From the NCBI GenBank assembly GCA_003280965.1, contig QCDI01000008.1, positions 26,780 through 90,779 of the forward strand: DNA of 64,000 nt, given 5' to 3'. Source of the DNA: Prochlorococcus sp. AG-355-B18 (GTDB lineage Bacteria > Cyanobacteriota > Cyanobacteriia > PCC-6307 > Cyanobiaceae). The notes below the pieces were generated by a model. That model was not told the origin of the DNA and ran no database searches. It saw only the letters and a list, made by a program, of their open reading frames with translations. Shown here in pieces: positions 55,342 through 64,000 of the stretch. Numbering within the stretch: position 1 is the first letter of the stretch; each line of letters begins with the position of its first letter. Both the position numbers and the translations under genes were made by a program.

Positions 55342-56394
55342 TTAATCTCTAATCGCGTTTCTTATAAAGTCAGGGGTATCAACAACTCTTTTAAGTTTTT
55401 TAAAATCATCCAAAACCTCCCCACAACCATTGACTACACATAGTAGTGGGTTTTCTGCTATGTGAGTAAAAATTCCCGTTTCATCACTCAATAAATCGTT
55501 AATACCCCTTACTAAAGCCCCACCTCCTGCAAGCATGATACCCCTATCAACAATATCTGCAGCAAGTTCAGGAGGAGTTCGCTCTAAAGTTCTTTTTACA
55601 GCTTCAACAATTTTGCTAAGTGTATCAGCCATAGCTTCTCTAATTTCTCCAGATGTCAAAGTAACTGATCTGGGTAGACCAGATAAAAGATGTAAACCTC
55701 TAACCTCTAAAGTAGTTTTATCAAAATCATCATCTGGAAATGCAGATCCAATTTTGATCTTAATATCTTCTGCAGTTCTCTCTCCAACTACCAAATTGTG
55801 AACTTTTTTAAGATAAAGAGCTATTGATTCATTTATTTCGTCGCCAGCTATTCGTACAGATTCACTTAATACTGTTCCACCCAAACTTAAAACTGCAACC
55901 TCAGTAGTACCACCACCAATATCAACAATCATAGTTCCAATTGGCTCAGTAACTGGTAATGATGCTCCTATTGCTGCTGCAACAGGTTCATCAATTAAGT
56001 GAACTTCTCTAGCTCCCGCTAATCCAGCTTCTCTTACAGCTCTTCGCTCAACACTTGTCACTCCACTTGGAATACCAATAACTATTCTTGGGGCTACTAT
56101 ACCCTTACCTTCATTACATTTTTGAATAAATGTTTTTATCATTTGCTCAGCCGCATCAAAATCTGCAATTACCCCATCTCTAAGTGGTCTTACAGCTCTT
56201 ATATTGCCTGGTGTTCTGCCAAGCATTAACTTGGCTTCTTTACCAACAGCCAATGGTATTCCTTCTTCTAAATCCATAGCTACCACAGAAGGCTCTTGTA
56301 AAACAACTCCCTTACCTGATACGTGTATGAGAGTATTAGCTGTTCCCAAATCTATGCCAATGTCTCTAGAAAATTTAAATCTGTTAAAAATCAC
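55342..56394 (-). CDS. mreB: Actin-like MreB
   Basis: [41 protein letters not shown] start at 56394. Confidence 0.97.
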   Translation of the reverse strand: MIFNRFKFSRDIGIDLGTANTLIHVSGKGVVLQEPSVVAMDLEEGIPLAVGKEAKLMLGRTPGNIRAVRPLRDGVIADFDAAEQMIKTFIQKCNEGKGIVAPRIVIGIPSGVTSVERRAVREAGLAGAREVHLIDEPVAAAIGASLPVTEPIGTMIVDIGGGTTEVAVLSLGGTVLSESVRIAGDEINESIALYLKKVHNLVVGERTAEDIKIKIGSAFPDDDFDKTTLEVRGLHLLSGLPRSVTLTSGEIREAMADTLSKIVEAVKRTLERTPPELAADIVDRGIMLAGGGALVRGINDLLSDETGIFTHIAENPLLCVVNGCGEVLDDFKKLKRVVDTPDFIRNAIRD

Positions 56395-56526
56395 AATAAG
56401 AATTCTTTTTTTATAAATAATATATCTATTTTTTATTAAGCTCTCACAATTCTCTCGTTTAGTTATGAATAGCACGCAAAACTTTGAGCATTTCTTAGAA
56501 ATATGAGTAGTATAAAAAAAAAAATT

Positions 56527-56898
56527 ATGGACATTAACACAATTAACCTAGTCGGCAGAGCTGGCAGAGAACCAGATGTCAGATATTTTGAATCTGGTAG
56601 TATCGTGGCCAATTTCACACTAGCAGTAAACAGAAGAAGCAGAGATGAAGAACCAGACTGGTTTAACTTAGAAATATGGGGTAAGCAAGCCCAAATAGCA
56701 GCAGATTATGTTAAAAAAGGGTCTTTAATTGGAATTACGGGAAGCTTTAAAATTGACAGTTGGAAAGATAAAAACACTGGGGAAGATAGATACAAACCAG
56801 TCGTTAGGGTAGATAGATTAAACCTACTAAGTTCCCGAAAAGAGTCTGAAAATAGCCAATATTCTAACAATAGTAACTCTGGTGAAATCCCTTTCTAA
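56527..56898 (+). CDS. ssb: Single-stranded DNA-binding protein
   Basis: [22 protein letters not shown], acidic EIPF tail; ATG at 56527 preferred. Confidence 0.95.
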   Translation: MDINTINLVGRAGREPDVRYFESGSIVANFTLAVNRRSRDEEPDWFNLEIWGKQAQIAADYVKKGSLIGITGSFKIDSWKDKNTGEDRYKPVVRVDRLNLLSSRKESENSQYSNNSNSGEIPF

Positions 56899-57551
56899 GT
56901 CCTATTTTTAATAAATTTAATAAGTATTTTTGTTAAAAAATATAAGAAAATCAAAATTAAAATTGGCTTCACAACATATTCAATTTGATCAAAATAAATT
57001 TCAATGATTTGATAATTTTCACCAAATAAATACCCTGCATAAGTAAGAAGAGCAACCCATATAAAACTACCAAATGTGGTCCAAATCAAAAATTTTCCTA
57101 ATGGCATAAGTTCTATGCCAGCTGGAACTGATATTAAGGTTCTTATACCTGGTACTAATCGGCCCCAAAAAACTAAAGAAACGCCGTATTTATCAAACCA
57201 CTTTTTACTTTTAGTTAAGTCATTAGAAGAAATTCCTAAATATTTTCCTTTTTTATCTAAAAAATTTGAAAGTCTTTTTTGATTAACTAATCTGCCTAAG
57301 TAATACCAAGGCAATGATCCTAGTATCGTGCCAAATAAACCCCAAAAAACTAAAATATAGAAATTTAATTTTTGTTGATAAACAAAAAATCCTCCCAAGG
57401 GCATTATTATTTCTGATGGGATTGGGGGAATTATATTTTCTAAAAACATAGCCAAACATATAGTAAGGTATGCAATTGTTGAATTCTTTTCGACCGCCAA
57501 ACTAATATAGTCAGGAATTGAAGTAAGAATATTTACAAAAATTAAACTCAA
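56895..57551 (-). CDS. DedA family membrane protein
   Basis: LENIIPPIPSE, GRLVPGIRTLISVPAG. Confidence 0.93.
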   Translation of the reverse strand: MSLIFVNILTSIPDYISLAVEKNSTIAYLTICLAMFLENIIPPIPSEIIMPLGGFFVYQQKLNFYILVFWGLFGTILGSLPWYYLGRLVNQKRLSNFLDKKGKYLGISSNDLTKSKKWFDKYGVSLVFWGRLVPGIRTLISVPAGIELMPLGKFLIWTTFGSFIWVALLTYAGYLFGENYQIIEIYFDQIEYVVKPILILIFLYFLTKILIKFIKNRT

Positions 57552-57553
57552 CC

Positions 57554-58972
57554 TTAGTATCTATAAAGTGCTGGTTTATAAGGTCCTTCAACAGAAACAT
57601 TAATGTATTCGGCCTGTTCTTTGGTTAATTTAGTTAGTTTTGCACCAATTTTATCTAAATGTAATCTAGCTACCATTTCATCTAAATGTTTTGGTAAAAC
57701 GTAAACCTCTTTGGAATATTGCTCTGACTTATTGAAAAGTTCAATTTGAGCTAATACTTGATTTGTAAAAGAATTACTCATAACAAAACTTGGATGTCCA
57801 GTGGCACATCCTAAGTTGACTAATCTACCTTCAGCTAAAAGAATAATCTTGTTTCCACTCGGTAAATTTATATGATCAACCTGTGGCTTAATATTTTCCC
57901 ATGGATAATCTTTTAATGAAGCTACATCAATTTCATTATCGAAATGACCAATGTTACAGACTATGGCCTCATCCTTCATTTTGATAAGATTTTCATGGGT
58001 GATCACCTTATAGTTTCCAGTTGCCGTAACAAATATATCTATTTCTTCAACAACGTCTTCAAGGGTAACCACGCTATAACCTTCCATTGCTGCCTGAAGA
58101 GCACAAATTGGATCAACTTCAGCAACTTTTACGATTGCACCAAGTCCTCTCAAAGATTGAGCTGAACCCTTACCTACATCACCAAAACCCATTACTAAAG
58201 CAACTTTACCAGCGATCATCACATCTGTAGCACGCTTAATGCTATCAACTAGAGATTCTCTGCAGCCATATAAGTTATCAAATTTGCTTTTTGTTACTGA
58301 ATCATTAACGTTGATAGCAGGAAAAGGTAAAGCATTTTGCTTTTGAAGTTGATAAAGTCTTGCAACTCCCGTAGTAGTTTCTTCTGTGACGCCTATGATA
58401 TTACTCTTGATTCTAGAGTAAAAGCTGCCGTCAGATTGCAACTTTGATTTAATAGAACTAAATAAAGCAATCTCTTCTTCATTACTAGGGTTATCTAAAA
58501 CAGACAAATCTTTCTCTGCTTTACTTCCAAGTATCAAGAGGCCAGTTGCATCCCCTCCGTCATCAAGAATCATATTTGGAGAATCTGAACCCCAATCAAG
58601 GATATAGTGGGTGTACTGCCAATATTCATCAAGAGTCTCACCTTTTTTTGCGAAAACAGAGATCCCTTGATCTGCTATAGATGCTGCTGCATGATCTTGG
58701 GTTGAAAAAATATTACATGAAGCCCATTTAACTTTTGCACCTAGTTCAACAAGAGTTTCTATTAATACTGCTGTCTGAATAGTCATATGAAGACTTCCAG
58801 CTATTTTTGCTCCTTTGAGTGGCTTTTCAGATTGATATTTACTTCTAAGTGCCATCAATCCAGGCATTTCAGTTTCTGCAATTTTTATTTCTTTACGACC
58901 AAAATCAGATAAAGAAATATCAGAAATCACATAATTGGGAGTAGAAGTTTTAATTGAATTTGAAATTACCAT
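57554..58972 (-). CDS. ahcY: Adenosylhomocysteinase
   Basis: [51 protein letters not shown]. Confidence 0.98.
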   Translation of the reverse strand: MVISNSIKTSTPNYVISDISLSDFGRKEIKIAETEMPGLMALRSKYQSEKPLKGAKIAGSLHMTIQTAVLIETLVELGAKVKWASCNIFSTQDHAAASIADQGISVFAKKGETLDEYWQYTHYILDWGSDSPNMILDDGGDATGLLILGSKAEKDLSVLDNPSNEEEIALFSSIKSKLQSDGSFYSRIKSNIIGVTEETTTGVARLYQLQKQNALPFPAINVNDSVTKSKFDNLYGCRESLVDSIKRATDVMIAGKVALVMGFGDVGKGSAQSLRGLGAIVKVAEVDPICALQAAMEGYSVVTLEDVVEEIDIFVTATGNYKVITHENLIKMKDEAIVCNIGHFDNEIDVASLKDYPWENIKPQVDHINLPSGNKIILLAEGRLVNLGCATGHPSFVMSNSFTNQVLAQIELFNKSEQYSKEVYVLPKHLDEMVARLHLDKIGAKLTKLTKEQAEYINVSVEGPYKPALYRY

Positions 58973-59020
58973 ATCTAAAAACTTTATTTACTAAACTATA
59001 AATGATTATTGTTTAATTTT

Positions 59021-59458
59021 GTGTTTGTTGAGAATTTAAAAGAGACTTTAAATTTGGGAGAAAAAATCTCACAAGAATTAAATCCACAATCAATTGTTTT
59101 ATTAAAAGGTCCGATTGGGGCAGGAAAAACTTCATTAGTACAAGGAATTGCCAGAGGTCTATCTATCTCTGAAGATATTACAAGCCCTACATTTGCTTTA
59201 TCGCATCACTATTACTCAGGGAAAATTCCACTATTTCATATAGATTTATATAGGTTAGAAAATATTTCTTCAGCAAAAGAATTTTTTTTTTCTGAAGAGG
59301 AAGAAGCATTACAAAGTCAAGCCATTCTAGTTATTGAATGGCCAGAATTAGTGGAACCAGTTATTGAAAATTTCTGGAAAATAGAAATTAGTTACGCCAA
59401 AAATTATGGAAGAAATTATGAGATTAGGGACCCTAAAAATTTACTAACCTTTTCATAA
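59021..59458 (+). CDS. tsaE: tRNA threonylcarbamoyladenosine biosynthesis ATPase TsaE
   Basis: GPIGAGKT, SPTF, HIDLYRL, IEWPE; start GTG 59021 or TTG 59009. Confidence 0.93.
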   Translation: MFVENLKETLNLGEKISQELNPQSIVLLKGPIGAGKTSLVQGIARGLSISEDITSPTFALSHHYYSGKIPLFHIDLYRLENISSAKEFFFSEEEEALQSQAILVIEWPELVEPVIENFWKIEISYAKNYGRNYEIRDPKNLLTFS

Positions 59459-60414
59459 TCTGGCTGTGGTTCAATAGCGCCTTCCCCATGACAGGTTAAC
59501 AATCCACAAGCACTTGCAAACCTAACACAAGCCTGGATTTCTAATTCACTTTTAGGATATCCAAAAGAAATAAATTCTGAAATTAAGCCAGCTAAAAATG
59601 CATCGCCAGCACCAGTAGTATCTACAATTTTTTGTGATTTAGGGATTTTAGTATTTCCCTGGAATCCATTTATATGCCATGAGACAGGGTTTTTCCCATC
59701 GGTAATGATTACATCTGGTCTTTTTGACATTTGTTGAGATATTAACGAAGGATTTTCAATCTCAAAAAACAAAGTCGCTTCTTCTTTAGCAAGCTTTACA
59801 ACATGTGCGTGATTTAAAAAATTTTTAATTAGGTTTATCCTCCCTTTCTTACTAGTATCCAATGCGAAATTTGAATAATCCCAAAAAACCTCCCTCCAAT
59901 TCAAATCAATTACTACTTTAACTTCAGATTTTTTTGCCTGTTCCAAAAGAAAAAAAATAGTCTCCGCAGAAATTGATGATGATAGTACATTGGTTCCTGT
60001 AACTAAATATTTCGTTTTTAAAAAACATTTCTCCAAATTTAGAAGTTCTTTTTCGATTAATTTCATACTTAGAGCTTCGTCAGCAAAGCATGAATGAAGG
60101 CTTGGTTCAAATCCTGAAAAAAAACGATCTCCAGATTGATCTCTGTCTACATTAACAACTCGAGTTGATGAATCATTATTTGATTGCAAGAAGTCTAAAT
60201 TTACCTCCAATTCATTAAATTGCTCAATGATTTTTTTTCCAAAGTCATCTCTTCCCAAACTCCCAATAAATATAGAATCTATTTTCAATTTTCTCAATGC
60301 AGATGCGACATTGGCTGGTGCACCTCCCAGATAATCTGTAAATCCTTGATTTGACTTATTCCTAATCCTGTCTATTAAAGCCTCTCCAATGCATACGACC
60401 TTAGTCTTTTTCAT
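59416..60414 (-). CDS. PfkB-family carbohydrate kinase
   Basis: GEALID, GGAPANVA, DLNWR, DTTGAGDAF. Confidence 0.93.
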   Translation of the reverse strand: MKKTKVVCIGEALIDRIRNKSNQGFTDYLGGAPANVASALRKLKIDSIFIGSLGRDDFGKKIIEQFNELEVNLDFLQSNNDSSTRVVNVDRDQSGDRFFSGFEPSLHSCFADEALSMKLIEKELLNLEKCFLKTKYLVTGTNVLSSSISAETIFFLLEQAKKSEVKVVIDLNWREVFWDYSNFALDTSKKGRINLIKNFLNHAHVVKLAKEEATLFFEIENPSLISQQMSKRPDVIITDGKNPVSWHINGFQGNTKIPKSQKIVDTTGAGDAFLAGLISEFISFGYPKSELEIQACVRFASACGLLTCHGEGAIEPQPDYEKVSKFLGSLIS

Positions 60415-60503
60415 AAATTAAGCTGTTTTTCTTACCTAAGAATAATTAATCAAAAACGAATATCTTTTTTTTGAATTAAAGTTTAATTAATAACTTATTA
60501 ATA

Positions 60504-61418
60504 GTGTCTTTTAAAAAATCTGAAATTTGGGAATGGAAAAATTGGAAGATTTCATGGTCCTTATCAAAAAAATCTACTTGCAATAAAAATATAAATATTT
60601 TACTAGTACATGGATTTGGGGCATCAAAAAAACATTGGAGACATAATCAAGATTTTCTCAGTAAAGTTTATAATTGCTACGCAATTGATTTACTCGGGTT
60701 CGGAGAAAGTAGTCAGCCTAGTGCATTATTAAATTATGAACCCATTAAAAAAAATTCTATTAAATATTCTTTTGATTTATGGAGTAATCAAATATCAACT
60801 TTTTGCTCGGAGGTAATAAAATCTCCTGTTTACTTGGTAGGAAACTCCATAGGTGGTGTTATTGCTTTGAAAGCTGCTGAAATGCTTCAGGATGAATGTA
60901 AAGGAGTCATCTTGATTGATTGTGCTCAAAGAACTATGGATGATAAACGCTTGAAAAAAAGTAATATATTGATGAATTTGATGAGGCCAGTATTAAAAAC
61001 ATTAGTCAGGCAAAGATTAATAAGCAATACACTTTTCACAAGGGCTGCTAATCCAAAAGTTATAAAAAAAATACTTGAACAAGCTTATCCCTCAGGAAAA
61101 AATATTGATGAAGAGTTAATTGAAATACTTTATGAACCCTCTAAAAGGAAAAATTCTAAAGAAGCATTTCGGGGTTTTATTAACCTATTTGATGACTATC
61201 TTGCTACAGACCTTTTCGATAAGGTGAGTGTTCCAATCCAATTAATTTGGGGAGAAAATGATCCTTGGGAATCTTTAAGTGAAGCAAAAGACTGGAAGAA
61301 AAAATTCAAAAATATAAAAAGACTTGATGTTATTAAAGGCACTGGACATTGCCCGCATGATGAAGAACCTGAAACAACTAATGAGTTAATTTGCGAGTTT
61401 CTTCAAGAAACAAAATAA
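60504..61418 (+). CDS. Alpha/beta-fold hydrolase
   Basis: LVHGFGAS, DLLGFG, GNSIGG, WGENDPW, GHCPHDE. Confidence 0.9.
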   Translation: MSFKKSEIWEWKNWKISWSLSKKSTCNKNINILLVHGFGASKKHWRHNQDFLSKVYNCYAIDLLGFGESSQPSALLNYEPIKKNSIKYSFDLWSNQISTFCSEVIKSPVYLVGNSIGGVIALKAAEMLQDECKGVILIDCAQRTMDDKRLKKSNILMNLMRPVLKTLVRQRLISNTLFTRAANPKVIKKILEQAYPSGKNIDEELIEILYEPSKRKNSKEAFRGFINLFDDYLATDLFDKVSVPIQLIWGENDPWESLSEAKDWKKKFKNIKRLDVIKGTGHCPHDEEPETTNELICEFLQETK

Positions 61419-62404
61419 GCTTCTACATTATCACTTAGTCTCCTCAAACCTCTCAAACCGTCTCGTTCAAGGTTTCTTACTCTATCCCTACTTATACCTA
61501 GTACCCTTCCTATACCTGTAAGAGACATAGGCTCATCTCCATCCATCCCATATCGCATTCTTAAAACTCTACATTGCAGATCTGGTAATTGATGCAGAAG
61601 AGAATGCAGATCACCTCTCATACAATCCATCTCGATTTGTTCGTCTGGCAAATCCTCACCGCCTGCTAGTAAATCCAGTAAAACAGTATCTTCACCGTCA
61701 CCAACTTTTGTTTCAAGACTGACTGGCTGTCCAGCTTTACACATCAAATCCTTAACATCTTCTTCAGGAAGTTCTACATATTTCGCAAGTTCACTTACAG
61801 TTGGAGTTCTAGACATTTCTTGACTTAATTCTCTTTGTCCTTTTTTTAACTTATTCAACATTTCAGTTATATGTATAGGTAATCTTATTGCCCTACTCTT
61901 TTCGGCTATAGCTCTAGTAATACCTTGTCTAATCCACCAGTATGCATATGTTGAAAATTTATAGCCTCTAGCTGGGTCAAATTTTTCAACACCTCTTACT
62001 AGTCCTATAGTTCCCTCCTGAATTAAATCTAATAATTCCATATTCCTTTTAGTATATTTTTTTGCAACACTTACTACCAATCTCAAATTTGCTGCAACCA
62101 TTCGCTCTTTAGCGCGCTGTCCAGCTCGTAACCTTTTTTTAATCTGGGAAACAGAAAGATCCAACTTTTTAGAAAGCTCTTCAATATTTGGTTTATCACC
62201 AGTTAATTCAATTATCTCTAATTCTGCTCTTTCAACTTGCATATATTCTTGTACCTGTCTACCAAGAGTGATTTCCTGCTCATGAGATAGTAAAGGTACT
62301 CTTCCTATATCTCTCAAATATGAACGAACTAAATCAACATCATTACTAATTTTTAAACTTGCAATAGACGCTAATTTATTTTCACTTATTGTTTCAGAAG
62401 ACAT
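61403..62404 (-). CDS. Group 2 sigma-70 factor (RpoD/SigA family)
   Basis: DLVRSYL..IGRVPLL, ANLRLVVSVAKKY, DLIQEG, KFSTYAYWWIRQ, region 4 SRDRVR; lacks region 1.1. Confidence 0.93.
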   Translation of the reverse strand: MSSETISENKLASIASLKISNDVDLVRSYLRDIGRVPLLSHEQEITLGRQVQEYMQVERAELEIIELTGDKPNIEELSKKLDLSVSQIKKRLRAGQRAKERMVAANLRLVVSVAKKYTKRNMELLDLIQEGTIGLVRGVEKFDPARGYKFSTYAYWWIRQGITRAIAEKSRAIRLPIHITEMLNKLKKGQRELSQEMSRTPTVSELAKYVELPEEDVKDLMCKAGQPVSLETKVGDGEDTVLLDLLAGGEDLPDEQIEMDCMRGDLHSLLHQLPDLQCRVLRMRYGMDGDEPMSLTGIGRVLGISRDRVRNLERDGLRGLRRLSDNVEAYFVS

Positions 62405-62505
62405 GAAAATTTAATGTTGTTTTGTAAACAATACCATTAAGAAATGTAAAGTTAAACAAAAAAATCCACAAATTTACAAAAATGAGAATAAATACCTATT
62501 TAATT

Positions 62506-63912
62506 TTATGTTAATGAAGTACTTAATAACCATTTTGCAGTATTTAAATAAATAAATACACCTGCAATATCAGTAACAGTTGTTATAAAAGGAGAGGACA
62601 TTAAAGCTGGATCCAATCTCATTTTGTCAAATAACAAAGGCAGAATAGCGCCAGTTGTAGCAGCTAAAGTCGTTATAGATATTAAACTTATTCCTACCGC
62701 AGAGGCTATTAAAGGACCTTCTCCTTGCCACCACGCGAAGGGGAATACTACCAGCATCATCAAAACACCTAAAAGAGCTCCGGTTATTGCCTCCTTAACT
62801 ACTGCCTTAACTGCGCCAAGAGACTTCAATTTTTGGGTACTTAAACCCCTAATGACAACAGTTGAACTTTGAGCACCAACATTCCCCCCAGTACCTATGA
62901 GCAACGGAATAAAAGCAGCCAACAATACTATTTCTTTTAAAATTTGATCATTCATGGCTATGACTTTAGTCGTCAAACCATTTGCCAATACCAAAATTAA
63001 CAACCATAAAATTCTTCGTCGAGCTATGGTAAACAAACTACTTTGAAAATAATCATCTTCATCTCCAGGCTGAACTGCCCCTGCTGCATATATATCTCTT
63101 GTTGCTTCTTGCTCTATGACATCAATTAAATCATCAACAGTTACTATCCCGACAAGTCTTTTTTCTTTATCAACAACTGGGAGCGCTAAAAAATCATATC
63201 TTTGTATTGCTCTTGCGACCTCTTCTTGATTCGTGTTAGTGGAAATATTAACCACATCTTTTGTCATTACATCTCCAATTGGTTTAGATGGATCTGCAGT
63301 TACAAGGTCTCTCAATGAAAGGATACCAGTTAAATGTCTCTCTTTATCGGTAACGTACAAGCTATAAATAGTTTCTGTAAATGGGGCTCTTTTTCTGACT
63401 AAAGAAAGAGCCTCAGCAGCCGTCTGCATTTCCTTAAGATCTATGAATTCAGTTGTCATTAATCTACCAGCAGTTTCTGGCTCATATCCAAGTAATTCAG
63501 CTGTTACTTTCCTTTCTCCAGGACTAAGAGCAGACAAAAATTTTCGTACAACTTTTGCTGGTAATTCGTCAAAGAGTTGAACGCGATCATCAGGAGACAT
63601 TTTCTCAACAATTTCTAAAACTTCTCCTGAACGAAGTCTGTCTAATAAAGTTTGCTGAACTATTGGATCTAAATATTCATAAACCTCAATTGCCTCATTT
63701 TTCTTTAACAATCTAAATGCTAATGCCTGCAATATTAATGGAAGGCTGCCAATAGCATCTGCGATATCAACAGGTTGAGAAGGTTCTAAAAGTAATTTTG
63801 CCTCATCATAATTTCCTGCTACCAGCAATTCTTCAAGTTGAATAGTGATATTTTCTCGAGTACTTAAATCTGAAGATATGGATGTAACAGTTTCAAGATT
63901 ATTATCATTCAT
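62506..63912 (-). CDS. mgtE: Magnesium transporter MgtE
   Basis: Acidic N-domain, CBS pair (TAGRLMT, YDFLALPVVD), GGNVGAQS, DPALMSSPFITTVTD. Confidence 0.96.
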   Translation of the reverse strand: MNDNNLETVTSISSDLSTRENITIQLEELLVAGNYDEAKLLLEPSQPVDIADAIGSLPLILQALAFRLLKKNEAIEVYEYLDPIVQQTLLDRLRSGEVLEIVEKMSPDDRVQLFDELPAKVVRKFLSALSPGERKVTAELLGYEPETAGRLMTTEFIDLKEMQTAAEALSLVRKRAPFTETIYSLYVTDKERHLTGILSLRDLVTADPSKPIGDVMTKDVVNISTNTNQEEVARAIQRYDFLALPVVDKEKRLVGIVTVDDLIDVIEQEATRDIYAAGAVQPGDEDDYFQSSLFTIARRRILWLLILVLANGLTTKVIAMNDQILKEIVLLAAFIPLLIGTGGNVGAQSSTVVIRGLSTQKLKSLGAVKAVVKEAITGALLGVLMMLVVFPFAWWQGEGPLIASAVGISLISITTLAATTGAILPLLFDKMRLDPALMSSPFITTVTDIAGVFIYLNTAKWLLSTSLT

Positions 63913-64000
63913 AAATATAATCCCTTGTCAAAGTAACAACACCATTATATGAAATCTAAGTAATTTTTCTACTTATCCAAAACCCGAAATACATAGTGAA

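Noticed and set aside
54056..56394. mreBCD/rodA in a near-coccoid cell
   Set aside because: Core picocyanobacterial genes; intact and ordinary.

Overview
AT-rich, densely packed cyanobacterial chromosome segment. Gene content (psaC, psaD, ndhS, curT, ho1-pebA-pebB, panC-cmk fusion), very short intergenic spacers and composition point to a streamlined high-light Prochlorococcus marinus-type genome (inference). The window is essentially core genome: about 57 protein genes for central carbon metabolism (ppc, icd, glgP, tkt), cofactors and pigments (moeB/thiF, cobO, thiC, hemF, ho1, pebAB), cell shape (rodA, mreBCD), DNA/RNA metabolism (recF, ruvB, ssb, rnc, rnd, rimM, smpB, lysS, tsaE) and signalling (a Hik34-like kinase, an RpaB-family regulator, a group-2 sigma factor). 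It also holds three tRNAs (Arg-CCG, Cys-GCA, Arg-CCT), RNase P RNA and a TPP riboswitch ahead of thiC. I see no mobile element, integrase, CRISPR array, prophage or genomic island, and no obvious large novel system. The best leads are small: (1) an NrdR-box-like operator at the promoter of two uncharacterised genes next to tRNA-Arg(CCT); (2) recF has no usable ATG/GTG/TTG start and apparently initiates at ATT; (3) the pyrophosphate-sensing arm of the thiC riboswitch is degenerate; (4) orphan enzymes (LarE, a DUF1537 kinase, a degenerate GNAT coupled to ppc) and small metal-binding or HTH-like hypothetical proteins. All calls come from reading the sequence; no searches were run.
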